A stretch of DNA of 63,315 bases, the filler included, from Choristocarpus tenellus KU-1152 (taxonomy: Eukaryota > Protista > Phaeophyceae), in assembly GCA_964200185.2 (NCBI GenBank). It is 10 parts of 10 records of this genome, joined end to end, with 100 filler letters (N's around TTAATTAATTAA, not from the genome) between each part and the next. Parts side by side here need not be neighbours in the genome. Positions count along the whole stretch, not along the records: positions 28,645 to 37,258 come from CAXNAD020004526.1; positions 37,359 to 41,703 come from CAXNAD020015002.1; positions 41,804 to 53,402 come from CAXNAD020002228.1; 7 more parts are not named here. One strand, written 5' to 3'. The notes under the pieces were generated by a model. It was given only the letters and a program-made list of their open reading frames with translations, was not told where the DNA came from and ran no database searches. A program made the position numbers and the translations under genes. Positions 36,006 through 49,300 of the stretch are shown in pieces (position 1 is the first letter of the stretch; each line of letters begins with the position of its first letter).

Positions 36006-37258
36006 GTGATCCTTTCCCCCCCCTCCCCACCCCTCACCGTCATGGTTAATAGTTCACTTGAAGGATCGGTTTGGGTTTGTGGTGCCGCTTGTTTCTTTAT
36101 TGGTAGTAGAGGACTGAAGATCTTTTGTGGAGTATTTTTGGGCAGGGGTGGGGGGTGGGATGGGGGGGCTGTGGAATATAGTGTTAATCTTGAAGTCCTT
36201 TCAATTTGTTTCGTTTGGGCAGTACATGAAGAGGGTTAAGAAGAGATTGCTAATCCTGCCTATAACCCTCACCCTAATCCTAACCCTAGCCAAAGTCTAA
36301 CCATTTTCTGTGAGTGGTATTGATGTAGTTCTGATACTGAAATGGGTTGCAGAAGTAGGGTGGTGAAAAATGCTTCCAAGTACACTGGAGAGCAAAATGA
36401 AAAAAAGAAGTTGGATGGGGGGATTCTCACTGTTGATGAATATCTCCTCACTATGCTACTTCAATAGTGTCACCCTTTCAGTTTGCTCAAGAAAGGAGAT
36501 AGCGTTTATCTATTGTACAGAATATAGAGCCAGTGTTGCTTTGCAGTTTTCTTCTGTCGCCACACTCTGTGCCTACTCAAGGTATACTGCTCGTTCCTCC
36601 CAGACCTTGGGAGCGTTTTATTGATAGAGGCAAGCAGGGTGATAGAGGTTGTAGAGTTTCTTGACAGCTCTTGTGTGATAAAATTTTTGTGCTCTCTCCC
36701 TCTTCTAAAAGAAGTAAGAGTCAAAAGACCTGACCTTGATTTTGTTCAGGGCGACATCGATTGAGACTTTTTTTTATTAAGAGTTCCTGGTGCACGTCTT
36801 GCTCTTGGGTGAGGTTATGAGGTAGAGATACTACTTACTGCCGGTAGAAGTCATATGACTCTGTCCACACCAGTTTTACATTTATTTAGTGCTCGGTGGA
36901 AATATATGCATTTTTCTCAACAATTTTATTTTTTTATGTTCCAGAGGCGAAAGAAAGGTTGGTGAAAAAAGTTGTGTCATGTGAACCGTTGGTAGGGTTA
37001 GGCAGGAGAACGTAATGAGAGTACTGGTAATAGTACTAGGTCTTTGGTCCTGCCTTTCAACACGAAAGTGTTTCATTCTGTGAGGGACGGGTGAGCTGAA
37101 CAAAACTAGTCATGGGATGAAGGTTAACCCCCAGTAGGTTTGTGTTGATTGGTGCACAGAGAGAGAGAGTGGGGGGGGGGGGCGAGGGTGAGTCCATTTA
37201 AGAACGGAATGACCTCATGTCAAACCCCCATGCCCCACATCTGGCTTGACTGTTTTTT

Positions 37259-37358
37259 NNNNNNNNNNNNNNNNNNNNNNNNNNNNNNNNNNNNNNNNNN
37301 NNTTAATTAATTAANNNNNNNNNNNNNNNNNNNNNNNNNNNNNNNNNNNNNNNNNNNN
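37259..37358. other. Artificial contig linker
   Basis: N44-TTAATTAATTAA-N44. Confidence 0.99.
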
Positions 37359-40300
37359 GCCAGCATACCATGCAATGTGGAGTGAATACGTTCACATATA
37401 CTATTGCCTTGCAATCGATATGCCATTGTCTTGGTTTTATCATATCCATACACTTTGCACAACTCAGCCAGGAGCTTATTCTCAAATTCTTTGCCTTGAT
37501 CAGAGTGGAGTGTTTCAGGAGGACCAAGATGGAAAAAATACGATCGAGAGCCTTAGCCACGGTTTTTTCTTATTTATTTGCAATACCAACCAAGATTGCG
37601 AATCTTGTAAGATGGTCTACAGCGGATAGCACATATTTAGCACCGTCTGACGAGGTCTTATTTATATTTATATTTAACTAGGTCAATAGCAAGTTGTTGA
37701 AATAGACGTGTGACAGGCGTATGCCCTGTTGGTAATGGGGTTAGAGTATGCGAGGTCTTACGTCTTTGACACGACTGGCAAGATTCACACCACTTCCTCA
37801 CATTCTTATGGAAGGTTGGCCACCAAAATCTATCGCGAACTCGGTCAAAGGTGTGTTTAAAAGCAAGATGGTCGGCAACTTTATGGTCATGTAGGGCGTG
37901 CAAAATTAAACCCTGAACCTCTGTTGGGGCTACTAACTGATCTCAAAATTATCAATTTTTTTTCGAAGGTGATCAGGTTGATACGACCGGCAGAGTAAAA
38001 GTCTATTTTCTCGTTCTTGAGTGAAAAAATATGACATGTGTAGGCCGTTTCCTTACTGGGTAATGCTGTATTGCTTGGGTCTGCCAGGTATTGAAAATAA
38101 GCTTGAAACTAATCATGTTGGGCTTTGGCTAGAACTTCCGTATCAATTACAGGAAGCACATCGATGGAGCTTGCAAAGAGCTCAGAGTCATTTGCCACTT
38201 TAGTGATTTCACCTAGTCGATCCACAGACAATTCATAGGCAGGGTATACCTTACTTGCTTGAGAACTTGCATCAGTAGTTTTTGTACCCACATTTCGACA
38301 TATAGGGATTAGGGGTGCTGGTTCAGATTCATGTTTACAGCATTCTTCCAGTTGAGGACGTGACGACATATCTGGGATGTAATGTAATCTGCTAGGCTTA
38401 AGAAGGACGGTAAAATCAAAACTTTGCAAAGCTAAGGCCCATCGAGTTAACAGATTGGACGCATCTTGCATCGTATGCAGTCACCGTAAGGCTGAGTGGT
38501 CACTAATAATTGTGAAATGTTTACCCCAAATATATGGTTTCCAATGTTGGATTGCCAGCAAGGCACTCTTTTTGTGTGGCAGAATATTTACGTTGGGAGG
38601 GGGAAAGTAAGGCACTATGGTATGCAATTATATCAAAATTGTCATCATTTTTATGTGCTAAAAACGCCACTGTCCCAACATTACTGAGATCTACATGGAT
38701 AAAAAATTCCTTAGAAAAATCAGGAAAGTGTAGCACTGGAGCCCTAGATAACAGTCGTTTGCATTTGTCAAAAGCAGTGTGCTATGGTTGATTCCATCTA
38801 GATGAGATATGATGAGATAGCCTTGTGGACTTTCTTTGCTCGTTTGACTGAGGTGGTCTCTTTTTTTGAATTTCCTTTCTGTGTATGGCGAATCAATTCA
38901 ACCTACGGTTCTGTTGCTGTTGCTAGGTGAGGAATATACTTCCTAACAAAGTTCATTGAACCTAAAAACGATTGTAAGCCTTTCACAGTTTGAGGAGGAT
39001 GCATTTCTAATATAGCTTCCATACGAGCTTGGGATACAGCAATTCCTTGTGGGCTAACATCATGTCCCAAATAATGGATTTGTTGTTAGCCAAATTGAGC
39101 CTTGGATGGCTTTAATGTAATCCCTACATCTTGCAACATTGACAAAACTGCAGTGATCAACTGTTTATGGTGTGTCCATGATGGAGAGGCCGAAACGATA
39201 TCGTCTAAATATACCACCAACCCTGAGCTAGGATTGATACTGGAAAAGGTTTCTGACATAAAGCGTTGGAAGATCCAAAGTGCATTTTGTACTCCAAAGG
39301 TAACCTCTGAAACTCACATTTCCCATCCGGCGTGATGAAGGCGGTTTTTTGTCTTTCGCATTCATCAGTTATAGGTAGTTGACAGTAGGCTGATTGGATA
39401 TCTAAACAAGATAAATACTTTGAACCCCCCAACACGGATAAGCACTCATCCATGGATGGTAATGGCCATGAATTATTTATCAGATGTTTATTTATGGTTC
39501 CTCTAAAATCCACACAGAATCGAGGTGATCCATCAGGTTTGACAACAATGGTAACAAGGGATGCCCATGGGCTAGATGAGGGTTTCATAATACCCTGATT
39601 CTCCATATCAGTTACACATTGTTGAATAGTGTCGAATATGTTTTGTGCCACACAATACGTTGGTCTTCTAACAGGTTTAGTGCCTGGTTGTAGTGGAAAG
39701 TTAACAGAAGTAGTGGTGCAGCAACCTAATTCTTTTTTGGACAATGAAAAGACTGGTCTGAATTTAGCCACTATATCTAGTAATTCCTCTTGTTCAGACA
39801 GTGTCAGTTGAGTATTTGTAAAAGCCTTCTTAGAAAAAACCAACTTCAATTCCTCCCTAGCCTGTTTCAGTTCTTCAGGGGTAGGTGGTATGGCTGCAAC
39901 TGCACTTACTGCAGTGTCTGACAGGGTGTATGTTTTTGAAACAGGGGAAACATGACCAAATACAAACTCTGCTGGTAACTTGATCCCTTTTTGTGACAAA
40001 TTGGCAATTATGACTAGACATCCTCCATCTTCTTCCCAAACAGAGAGGGTTCGACTGACCATCATGTTGCCAGTGGTCATGTATGTCGTCCTCATGCTGG
40101 AGGTCTGTGCCAGTGTAAATGATAGGTTCCACCACTGCATCGGTAGCTGTTCCTCGGAGTGCCTGAGAACAATCTGGGACAAGCGTTTCCGTGCCAGGGG
40201 GAAGGAATATATTTTTTTATGTGTGCACTGGTGTAGTGAATTCAGATGTGATTACTGAAATTGAAACATGAGATGCATTTTCAGTCTAGCAAAAATCTTT

Positions 40301-41703
40301 TGGGGGGGAACAGATGAGAAGGGGTACGATTTTTTGTTTTGCTGGGATGCATTGATCACTGTCTTTGAATGACATCTCCTCTCTATCTCAATCTAGCACT
40401 GCCCCAAATGCCGATATAATGCTGTTATCCAACAAAATTTTATCTACTCCCAGATTAGGTATGACCACTGCTTGGACAGGCATTGATATGTCACCAAGTT
40501 GTAGTGTAAATAGAATGAAACCAGTTACAGAGAGAGGTCTACCACCTGCTCCTTTCAAATTCAGAGCGCCTGCTGGAATCTCCCGAATGGGTGCCTTGCA
40601 AAGTGTTGGGTGGGCTTCAATGTGTCTGAGAGATATTACTGGAATGTCAATAGCAGTTTCAACAGTAATACTCGTTAAAGGTTCGTTTTCGACATACCCA
40701 GGAATTCTTACGCGGTGAGATGAAACATTTAGTACGAGAGGGGAGTTAAGAGTAGTGTTGGATTGCTGATGTGGGCCAATAGTATGAAAAAGTGGAACAA
40801 CACATTTGAGGTGTAAAAGACATGTCACCCACGCCCAAAATTGGATGTGGGGAAAAAGAAAGAGCAGATGCAACAGTTGTTACATGTCCTTCTTGTGGCA
40901 ACTTTTGGTGTGCTGACCTTGAGTATTTAATGTGTTGGGTCTTATTCACTCTCTCCCACATCTGAGTCTGCCCAAAACACTAAGTCACTAGTTTTCTTTG
41001 ACTTCCTAACCCTATAGATTCCGGGGAAACATAATCAGCAGGGCATCTCTATATTCTCTCATTTCTCACTCTCTCTCCTCCTGTGGTTCTATGTTACCCT
41101 GCAGGGGTTCCTTGGAGGAATAATAGAGATTTCTGACAGGCAGTACCTGTTTTGATCACTAATAGTAGCTGACAAACTGAACGCTTCTTGTGGTTGTTGT
41201 AGATACACATGAGGGAAAGGTCTAACCCTTTTTTGAAATTTAGCAACAGGGGAATAGTACAAAGCCTGTGCTCCAGAACTCATGGGGTAAGTCTTTCTTT
41301 GTGAAGATGTATCATGATCAAGGATTAAGTACCTAGCCCCAGTGAATATGGTCGAGGTAGGGTGGGACAATATACTCACCTTTATATTTAAAGTTTGCAT
41401 GGCCGCTGCCACCAAACCTTGGTCATGTGGAGTCCCTTCCATCGCCTCATCGACAATCTTCTTGGCCTAGCCGAGTTGGTGATTAATGTACTTCTGGATA
41501 TCGAATGTCGCCACCGCACTGTGTTCGCCTTTTTCTTCGTGATCTTCGCCCAGCACGCTGTAAAGGTTCAGGCCCGGATTACGGGCAGGGCCTTCCCTCA
41601 GCCTCTGCGCCGCCATCCCTTCCTGCTCTGGTGAGTCACCAGGGATGCCTCTGTCTAAAGACGTAGACGAGGGACTTGGTTGAGGTTGGGTGTTTATACT
41701 ACC
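37359..41703 (-). mobile_element. Degenerate Ty3/gypsy LTR retrotransposon internal region (gag?-PR-RT-RH-INT)
   Basis: Protease-like region (40388-40720), RT (SSPWAS..VKPDGSPRFCVDFR, LDIQSAY, KTAFITPDG, YLDD), RNase H (FFIHVD, YSATQKECLA, LTRWALALQ), integrase HHCC (HDH..DH..FWWP..CESCQ). Order is diagnostic of gypsy; many stops and frameshifts. Confidence 0.93.
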
Positions 41704-41803
41704 NNNNNNNNNNNNNNNNNNNNNNNNNNNNNNNNNNNNNNNNNNNNTTAATTAATTAANNNNNNNNNNNNNNNNNNNNNNNNNNNNNNNNNNNNNNNNN
41801 NNN
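41704..41803. other. Artificial contig linker
   Basis: N44-TTAATTAATTAA-N44. Confidence 0.99.
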
Positions 41804-41874
41804 TCTTGCCCGGTGATTCTCTTCGCCACCCTTGGCTGAGTGAACCAAGCCGCCACAGAATCACACTATTCACA
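41804..41874. repeat. LTR-like repeat family C, right end
   Basis: TCTTGCCCGGTGATTCTCTTCGCC...ATTCACA matches 58425-58498 and 60918-60988. Confidence 0.75.
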
Positions 41875-42289
41875 GATGCTTTTTCTCAAAACAATTTACA
41901 AAAAAAAATTAGAATTCTATGGAAATGCTTATTCGAGGTCTTTAATTCCTAATTCATTATTTTGTTAAAAATTACTAGAATATTTTAATTAAAAAAACAA
42001 AAATAGAAGTCATTTCAGTATTCCTATATTAAGAATTTATAAGAAATTCTAAATCAGATCGATTTTAAGATATAAGAAAAAATATATACTCCAAAAGAAT
42101 CATACAATTCTCAAAATTCAGGAACATTCAACAAATTTAAAATCAAACAAAAGAAACATTTATAATGGATGTTACTTTTCAAATTCAAGATATGAACATT
42201 AATAAAAAAAAATGTAATGATATTCAAACTTAGTTTCCTCTTTGATCTATTTGATAACAATTTCAAGATAAAATATGACTTAGTGCCGT

Positions 42290-43140
42290 CACCCATCCAG
42301 CCCTTACGCTCGTTTCACTCGTTGCTCCTACATACAAGCAAGTTCCACCTTCACCCTTATGTCATAACACTGATGCACTTCAGATCAAAGGCGTTGGATA
42401 CCACCATCCTCCATTACTCCCTGCTGATCTTTCTGCACATCAAGTTCCGCCCTCTCCCAGAACATATGGCTCTCCAACAGACAGTTTTTTGGCTGCTTGA
42501 CGAGCAGGAACAATGTTGCCCTACGCAATTGCCTTGGTGTACTCCTTAACCACAACCATCCTTGCCTTCTTCTCAAGACTTCCCCATGGATGGTCTACTC
42601 CATCCTGTTGAGCTCCATGCTGTTTTTCATGCGTAGGTTGGTTCGTCACTTGATAGGTACTGTATTGTTGTCAAGGTCCCATTCTGTGGCGACATGTATA
42701 TCACTTGACCCGCCATCGCCATTATGCTTTCACTTGCCGATGATCTCCAGTCCCCCTTGATCTTGAAGGTCTTTCTTTCAGGATGCACCCTCTTCATCTC
42801 AGCGACGGCATACCCGTCTTTGCTTTGGTTGCAAGTTAGGGCTCTTCTCTCAATCGAATATCATCCACCCCCATCATTCTTGAGGACTAGTCAAGATCAC
42901 CAATCCATACGTCCTCCCTCTCCTCTCACACTGACACCGGTAATACTCCAGTGATGAAGACAGAGAGCACTTCAATATGCCAACATCCTTGTCTTTCAGA
43001 AGGTTCATCATTTCCGGCACCAAATTAGTTCCCATCATGAACCAGGAGGGAAAAATTCTGATCTTACCACAAACAAAGTTAAATATCAAGATTGTTGGTG
43101 GACTGCGTCAAGATTGTGGTTTTAATTCGTTTGTAAAAGT
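42290..43140 (-). mobile_element. Possible decayed piggyBac-like transposase
   Basis: Ordered degenerate motifs KGDWRSSASESIMAMA..DNN, VVKEYTKAI and WWYP (cf. W.DN, VV..YN..MGGVD, K.WW.P). Confidence 0.35.
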
Positions 43141-43999
43141 AGATTATGTAGGTAGGAAATAATCAGTTGATGGAAGAGAAGTTTGTGTGCTGAAGAATAG
43201 AAGTGTGGGACAATGAGGTAGAATATGGAAAAGTTCAGGAATAGGCAACATTTTAACAAGAAATCATTGATTTGGTGACAAGTGCGTTTCTTTATTTTTT
43301 TATTTTCAGGACTTTCCATTGATCTGACCAGTTAGCATGTCCACCGTTGGCCATATGACCCCGGACTGGCCCCCACACCAGCCCTATTGAAACAGTTGAT
43401 GGCCATGAAGTCGGTCATGTACATTGTTGATTGTACAAGGCTGACCGGCAGTCATGGTCATGTTCCAACTTGATTGTTAATGACTGGTGCCCCCAGTCAG
43501 GTTGAGTATTGACAGCCATAGACTGGGCCACGAAGTTAGCACATTTAATCTATGGCCGGCCACGTTGTATTTTTTTTACACTCGGACCAACCACGTCTAA
43601 GGCATGCTTCCCAATTTACTATTCACTCTACGAAGTACTAAATATAATATGAAATATATGTATGTACATATTTCTGTTTTCCATTTTACAAACTACTAAA
43701 AATTCAAAATTGAATACAATTACATCGTTGTTTAGTGTGTGGGTAATTGAGGTAATTTGTGACTTAGAGATGTATTTTGACGCAATACACCATTTTCACA
43801 CTCATTGTGGATGGTGAAATGTGAAAATAGTACAAAAGTAATAAAAAAAAATTCCACCCACATACTTACCTCTTGACGTTCTCACCACACACATGATTAC
43901 GTTCATGATTTCGAACCAAGAAAGTCCAGGAAGGGTTTGAAAGAGTACTATCTATACTCACATACGGAAGAATAAATGAACCTTTGACGTGGTACAAGT

Positions 44000-44290
44000 A
44001 GTGGACATGATCCGAGCATGCCAGGAAGAAAATAGACTGGCTGGTGACCATGGTCCGGACATGCAAGAACAAAGTTAGACTGGGCGACTGGCGGACACGG
44101 ACTGGTGCAATTGCCCGCTGGACATAGTCCAGGACATACTAGGAATGCTAAACCCGGTCCAGCCTGGGACAAGGACTGGTACAATATCCAACAGACATGG
44201 TCCAGAGACGATAGAGAATGTTTGACCTGGTGTGCTAGGGGACATGGACTGGGATACATTCAATAATAGTGGGATCGGTCTGACTGGCAG
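44000..44290. repeat. Interspersed repeat D (inverted homologue at ~57790-57980)
   Basis: The reverse complement of 44081-44170 aligns by eye with 57841-57920. Confidence 0.6.
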
Positions 44291-44860
44291 ACGGGACAAT
44301 TTTAGTGGTAGTGGTAGTAATAGTAAAAAGAGAAGAAAAATTAGTGATAGATGGAACCAAATTGTTTTTGTTGGCCCAGTGAAAAGCCTGCATATTTCAT
44401 CTACATCTTGTACAATCCAGGAAACAAAAATCAATAGATTCATACATGTAAGTCTTGGGAAACAACTTCTTTAACAGACCCCACATCGCTCTTGATTCTA
44501 CTTGAGATGTTGCCTCACAAAAATGATCAACGAATAGTAAACAAGACGGAAGAGGATCGCCCTAGGATCCCTAATTCACAAACGTACCTGTTTGAAACTT
44601 CTGTATAGACCTCAGCATCCCAAATTCCACTGAATCATTTTCAGAGTTATACCGAACTGAAAATGCAGACAATCAAGCGCCATTAGATATATTTTCAACG
44701 TAAAAATTATTTTCAAAAAGCAGACACAAGGAGATTTGATTTGATGCATTGCTTGTGGATCCATTTTGTAAGCCAACCTTACCAATCACACCATCTTGGC
44801 ATAACCCCCAATGGAAGTATTTAAATGTATACCAAAACGCATAGACTATAACCACGCACT

Positions 44861-45127
44861 AGAGTGAAAGTCTCTTATTAAGAGAGGGTACGAGCTTTTC
44901 CCTGTTTGTCCATTTGGGGCTTGACTTCCCACGGGTTTTGTATGACATGTGCCAACTCCAAGATGTTTTGGAGTAGGTAAAATATATACGTTATGAAAAG
45001 GTGTGTCCGGAACAAGGATATTGACATCTCCTAACAAACACGATAGCCAGAATTACATCAAAATTGCAACATTGGATTTTGACCTCCAAATGGACGCAGC
45101 TATACCCTCTAAGTTACTTTGACTCAG
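44861..45127. mobile_element. MITE family A copy
   Basis: AGAGTGAAAGTCTCTT...AGAGGGTA ... TACCCTCTAAGTTACTTTGACTCAG|TA. Confidence 0.8.
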
Positions 45128-45895
45128 TAAGGTCTTGACAACTTGCACAACAGAGGATTGGGCATCCTGGAAAAATTCTGTTATTGAGAGAAGGAACTTC
45201 GAGAATTGTCCTGGGCACTACAAAAAGAACCTTAAAATAAAGGAATAGAGACTGATCGATGTCCATGGAAAACATCCTTATAATAGAGGAAACAGGCTCC
45301 AAGAGCTGTTATTGTGGATATGTTAATAGCCTGTATGTTTCTTACAGGGGGTGTGAGCTCCAAGCCATGCCCTGGATAAAGTATGTTGAGCAAACCAGAC
45401 TCCCTAGAGATGTGCAACAGTCCAACCGTGGGCACCAGCCACACCTTCAGAAATACAATGTAAGCAGTAGAACAACTTGCTGCAATGAAAAACAAATGAT
45501 TCTACTTCTCTGTGGTTCTCCTATCACACTGGCTACTTCAACACAAGGACATGCCTTGTTGTAATTCTGTAATTCTATATTATTTATAATATAGTACAAA
45601 ACTAGATGCTACTACTCTTTTTATTTTTTTCACGGGAAGCAAATACATACCCTGTAGAACTACTTACTAAGGGCAGAAAATCATGGTCACCACATGCACA
45701 AAAAGAGATAGAAAAATCTATACAAAACCTTTCACCCCCCTCTTTTCACATCTACCTTCTTATTCAAACATATAGGTAAGACTCTACAACCAGGACGAAA
45801 CCAATATATTCCACTCCAGCATCAGACAGCTCGAGCTTTACCACTCCACTCCTAAAGAAAAACAGGCTGGGGGCAAAGGATCCCTGGCTCACCCT

Positions 45896-46002
45896 ACAAC
45901 AAAAGACTGTTTCTTTGCTCTAACTCCACACACAGCAACAACAAAAGACTGTTTCTTTGCTCTAACTCCACACACAGCAACAACAAAAGACTGTTTCTTT
46001 GC
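45896..46002. repeat. 42-bp tandem repeat, ~2.5 copies
   Basis: ACAACAAAAGACTGTTTCTTTGCTCTAACTCCACACACAGCA repeated. Confidence 0.9.
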
Positions 46003-46300
46003 CCCAAAGTTCCTCCGCCCCCGGGGGGGGGGAGCAAACCCCTGACCAAACCCACGGCATAGATCACTCTAATGTCACAACTCTGGTAATGGTTCTTATT
46101 CACACGCGAGCTGAAGCATCACATCTCCCCCCCCCAAAAAAAAAAAAAAAAAGAAAAAGAAAAAGAAAGAAAAAAAGAGACCTTAATATTCCACAATAAT
46201 GGACGCAACAAAAAATAAATTCTATCCGTTCCACACGCACTTTCATGCTCATACTCGATGCACAGCCATTACTTCCTTCCACCTATACCCTACTCCACTG

Positions 46301-49300
46301 TTAGCGGTTGCTGAAGGGACGAGGACGACTCAGCCGTACTGGCTCCCAGTTGTAAGTGAAGTCCCGATCCCCCAACCCCCTGTTCTGCTGGCTGTGCCCT
46401 AACCCTTCATCGCCAGTCCCTCCCGCAGCACCCACGCCCTTTGTGAATCGTGTCCTAGCCCGTCTTGCAACGAAGTCGATGTCCCCCTGCAGCATCGCAC
46501 ACCTGTCTACTCGAGCCTCGTCATACTCCCTCAGCGCTTCCTTCACCTGAACAAGTGGCGATGGAGGCCGAGCGTTGAAGGACATACGGACGGACGGGGT
46601 CGAACTTATACTTTTGGGTGCAGAATGCAACAGAGCATGGAGCTTTCGGCACAGGTCTTTTTGGGGGGGTGGGGTGGAGTGGGGTGGGGTGTGCTCATGG
46701 TCAATATTTTCCAAGACAATGCGAGCTATTCACAGACATTGCACTCTGCCTCCACGCTCACACCCCTTCTGTATATGATTGATTTTTTTAGTTACTGCGA
46801 CGCTGTGTACTGGCGAGCGTGTGAGAGATTCAACGAAAGAAAGCCTGACCAAGTCACTCGAGTGCCTGAGCTGGATGCCTCTTGCTTCTTACAGGCATTT
46901 CAGGAGAACAAGTAAGTTAAATAAACCATCAGGTTCTAGAAGACAACTCTAAAACTGTACGGAGAGAGAGGTGGGACGAACAGAGCTCCATCGACATGAT
47001 GTTCATATTTACATACAGAATAATTTTGTCACCTCCTGTGCTTACAATTTCAGAATTATTACCACCACAAGCAGTCTTAAAGTTCAGATCAGAAAATTTC
47101 TTTTAAAATTATGTTCCGGCTGATACCGGAGGCAGGCGAATTGAAGAGAACGACAATCGCGCATGGTCTGCACGATGCACTTACCTTTCAATACCCGACG
47201 GAATACCTCACCACTTCTAATACTACCCATTTCAACAACAAACAACAAACAACAAACAACAACAACAAAGGAACGTGGGTATCGTAGATTTCCTTTTTTC
47301 CCTGCAAATACTCCTGTTCGCTGCACACGGAGATCAAGAAACATCTATCCCGCTAGTGTCTTCACCGAATCTGCATCCCTTAGCAGTAGGGCCAGCTGTA
47401 CTGCATCCTCCAGTGCCAAGTTGGCTCCTTGTCCCAAGGACGGCCTCCCTGGGTGTGCTGCATCCCCAACAAGCACAATCGGGGCCTCCCCAGGTCGGGA
47501 CCCCTGTACAAAGGACTCCAAGGCTGGACGGTCCTAGAAAATTGGTACACAAGGGCATGGCGAGGACCATGCGTGCACAGCATTGAGACCAGAAGTACCA
47601 CCAATCGGGACTGGTACAAGCCTATGTCAGGGCGACAACGAACAACCAGAAGAGCCTGTACCGCTATTGAAAAAATTGCCACATTGGCCACGAAGATTTG
47701 AGACAAAAAGACTCGGCATCATAACAACACAACATCATCTGCTAGTCTATATATAGACAAGAATGCGCTAAGGGCAGGGGCAAAACAAACACAGCACACA
47801 CCCTGCCAGACCTCCCAAAACATACGCGGCCATCATACACGCGCTCCCTCCCCCTCCAGAGGACGAGTCCGAACAGCAGAACATCTACACACATTGCCCC
47901 GGAAATAAATAAATAAATAAATAAAATAAGAGAGAGAGAGAGTGAGAGAGAGAGAAAGGAATGACAGAACAATTTCACAGACTCCGACTTGCATATACAC
48001 ACAAACTCAACATGGCCAACCACCCATCAAAGAAGTCGCTCGCCCTTACTTTCTCACAGAGTAGTACCTGATTTTGACACAGTACCTGAATTTGATGACG
48101 CCTTATTCGCTTCGACGGCGTGGCCCGCACCATCTCAACCAGAACCTTGCACTCTCCAAACTTGTGTTCCAGGTATCCGCGCATTGCCACGCCACTGTTT
48201 TCCACCGTCATCGCCTCCTGCGCGAGAAAACGGCAACGCGTCGCGTGTTGACCACAGAGTGTATCCTGGGGCGCCACAGGGCACCCCCGCACCCGATACA
48301 AGTAGTAGACCACACTCGTTGTACTCGAAGGTACTCTGCAAGTAGTAGACCACACTCGTTGTACTCGAAGGTACTCTGCTGTAGTGCATGTTTGAGTGTG
48401 TGCGGAGAGCAATGAATGTGTGAATGTACCCTGCTGCATCAAATCGCACAAAAAATATATATTCCCACGTCCGAGGTCACCGGAAATGCAGCAGGGGTTT
48501 TGATGCAGACTACATGTGTGCTGGGGTGGTCAAAACTGGGCAAGATGGAGGAGGGGCGGGGGGGGGGTTAGGGTGAGAGGAGAATGCATTGCAGGACATG
48601 AATGACAAGCTAGTAAAGGATTCTGTAGAGCAAGGTGGCCGGACTGCTGGAGCAGGAACGGTATGTGATCTTTCAACTCCTTCAGTCCAGTGGGAGGAAA
48701 TCAGCCAGTCCAGGCATTAAAAACAAACAAATGTACCATATTTGAACACCAAGACGTGAGAGAAAATTGTTAAAGGCAAAAATTCGCAAAGGAACATCTG
48801 TAAATTCACAGTTACATACACACACACACAATCACTTTTAAATGTGGAACTGTATCTTGCATCTTCATAGTTGTTTTTTCCCAAGGGGAGTTGCTATATG
48901 CAGCACCTGTCAGGGTTTGGACCACATAGGAAGGATTCCTAACCCTCGACACATGTGTGAGTTGAAAAGAGAGAACCACATTCACAGGTGATGCCTTCAA
49001 TAATCGCAAGAGTTGCATGCATTCCAACACCGTTCCCATTCACCTAATCGACTCCAGCACAGACCGTCTAGTAGAATGCATTCCACATCAGGACTAAGGT
49101 CATCAGTCATCAGAGGGTGACTGTCCTTCATATCATTCCCTCTCAGAATTTCTATAATAAAACGCGCCACAAAAGAAAGCAATCGTAAACTCTTCCCTCT
49201 TTTTTTTTTCCAGACATATCTTGTGAAGCAAACAGCTCACTCTCACGCCGGACAAAAAATTGTGAATTGGGTATTACACACACGCCTACACACATATCGC

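Noticed and set aside
36260-36292. Telomere-like CCCTAA/TTAGGG words (also ~11806 and ~21836)
   Set aside because: Short, degenerate and intronic; not a chromosome end.
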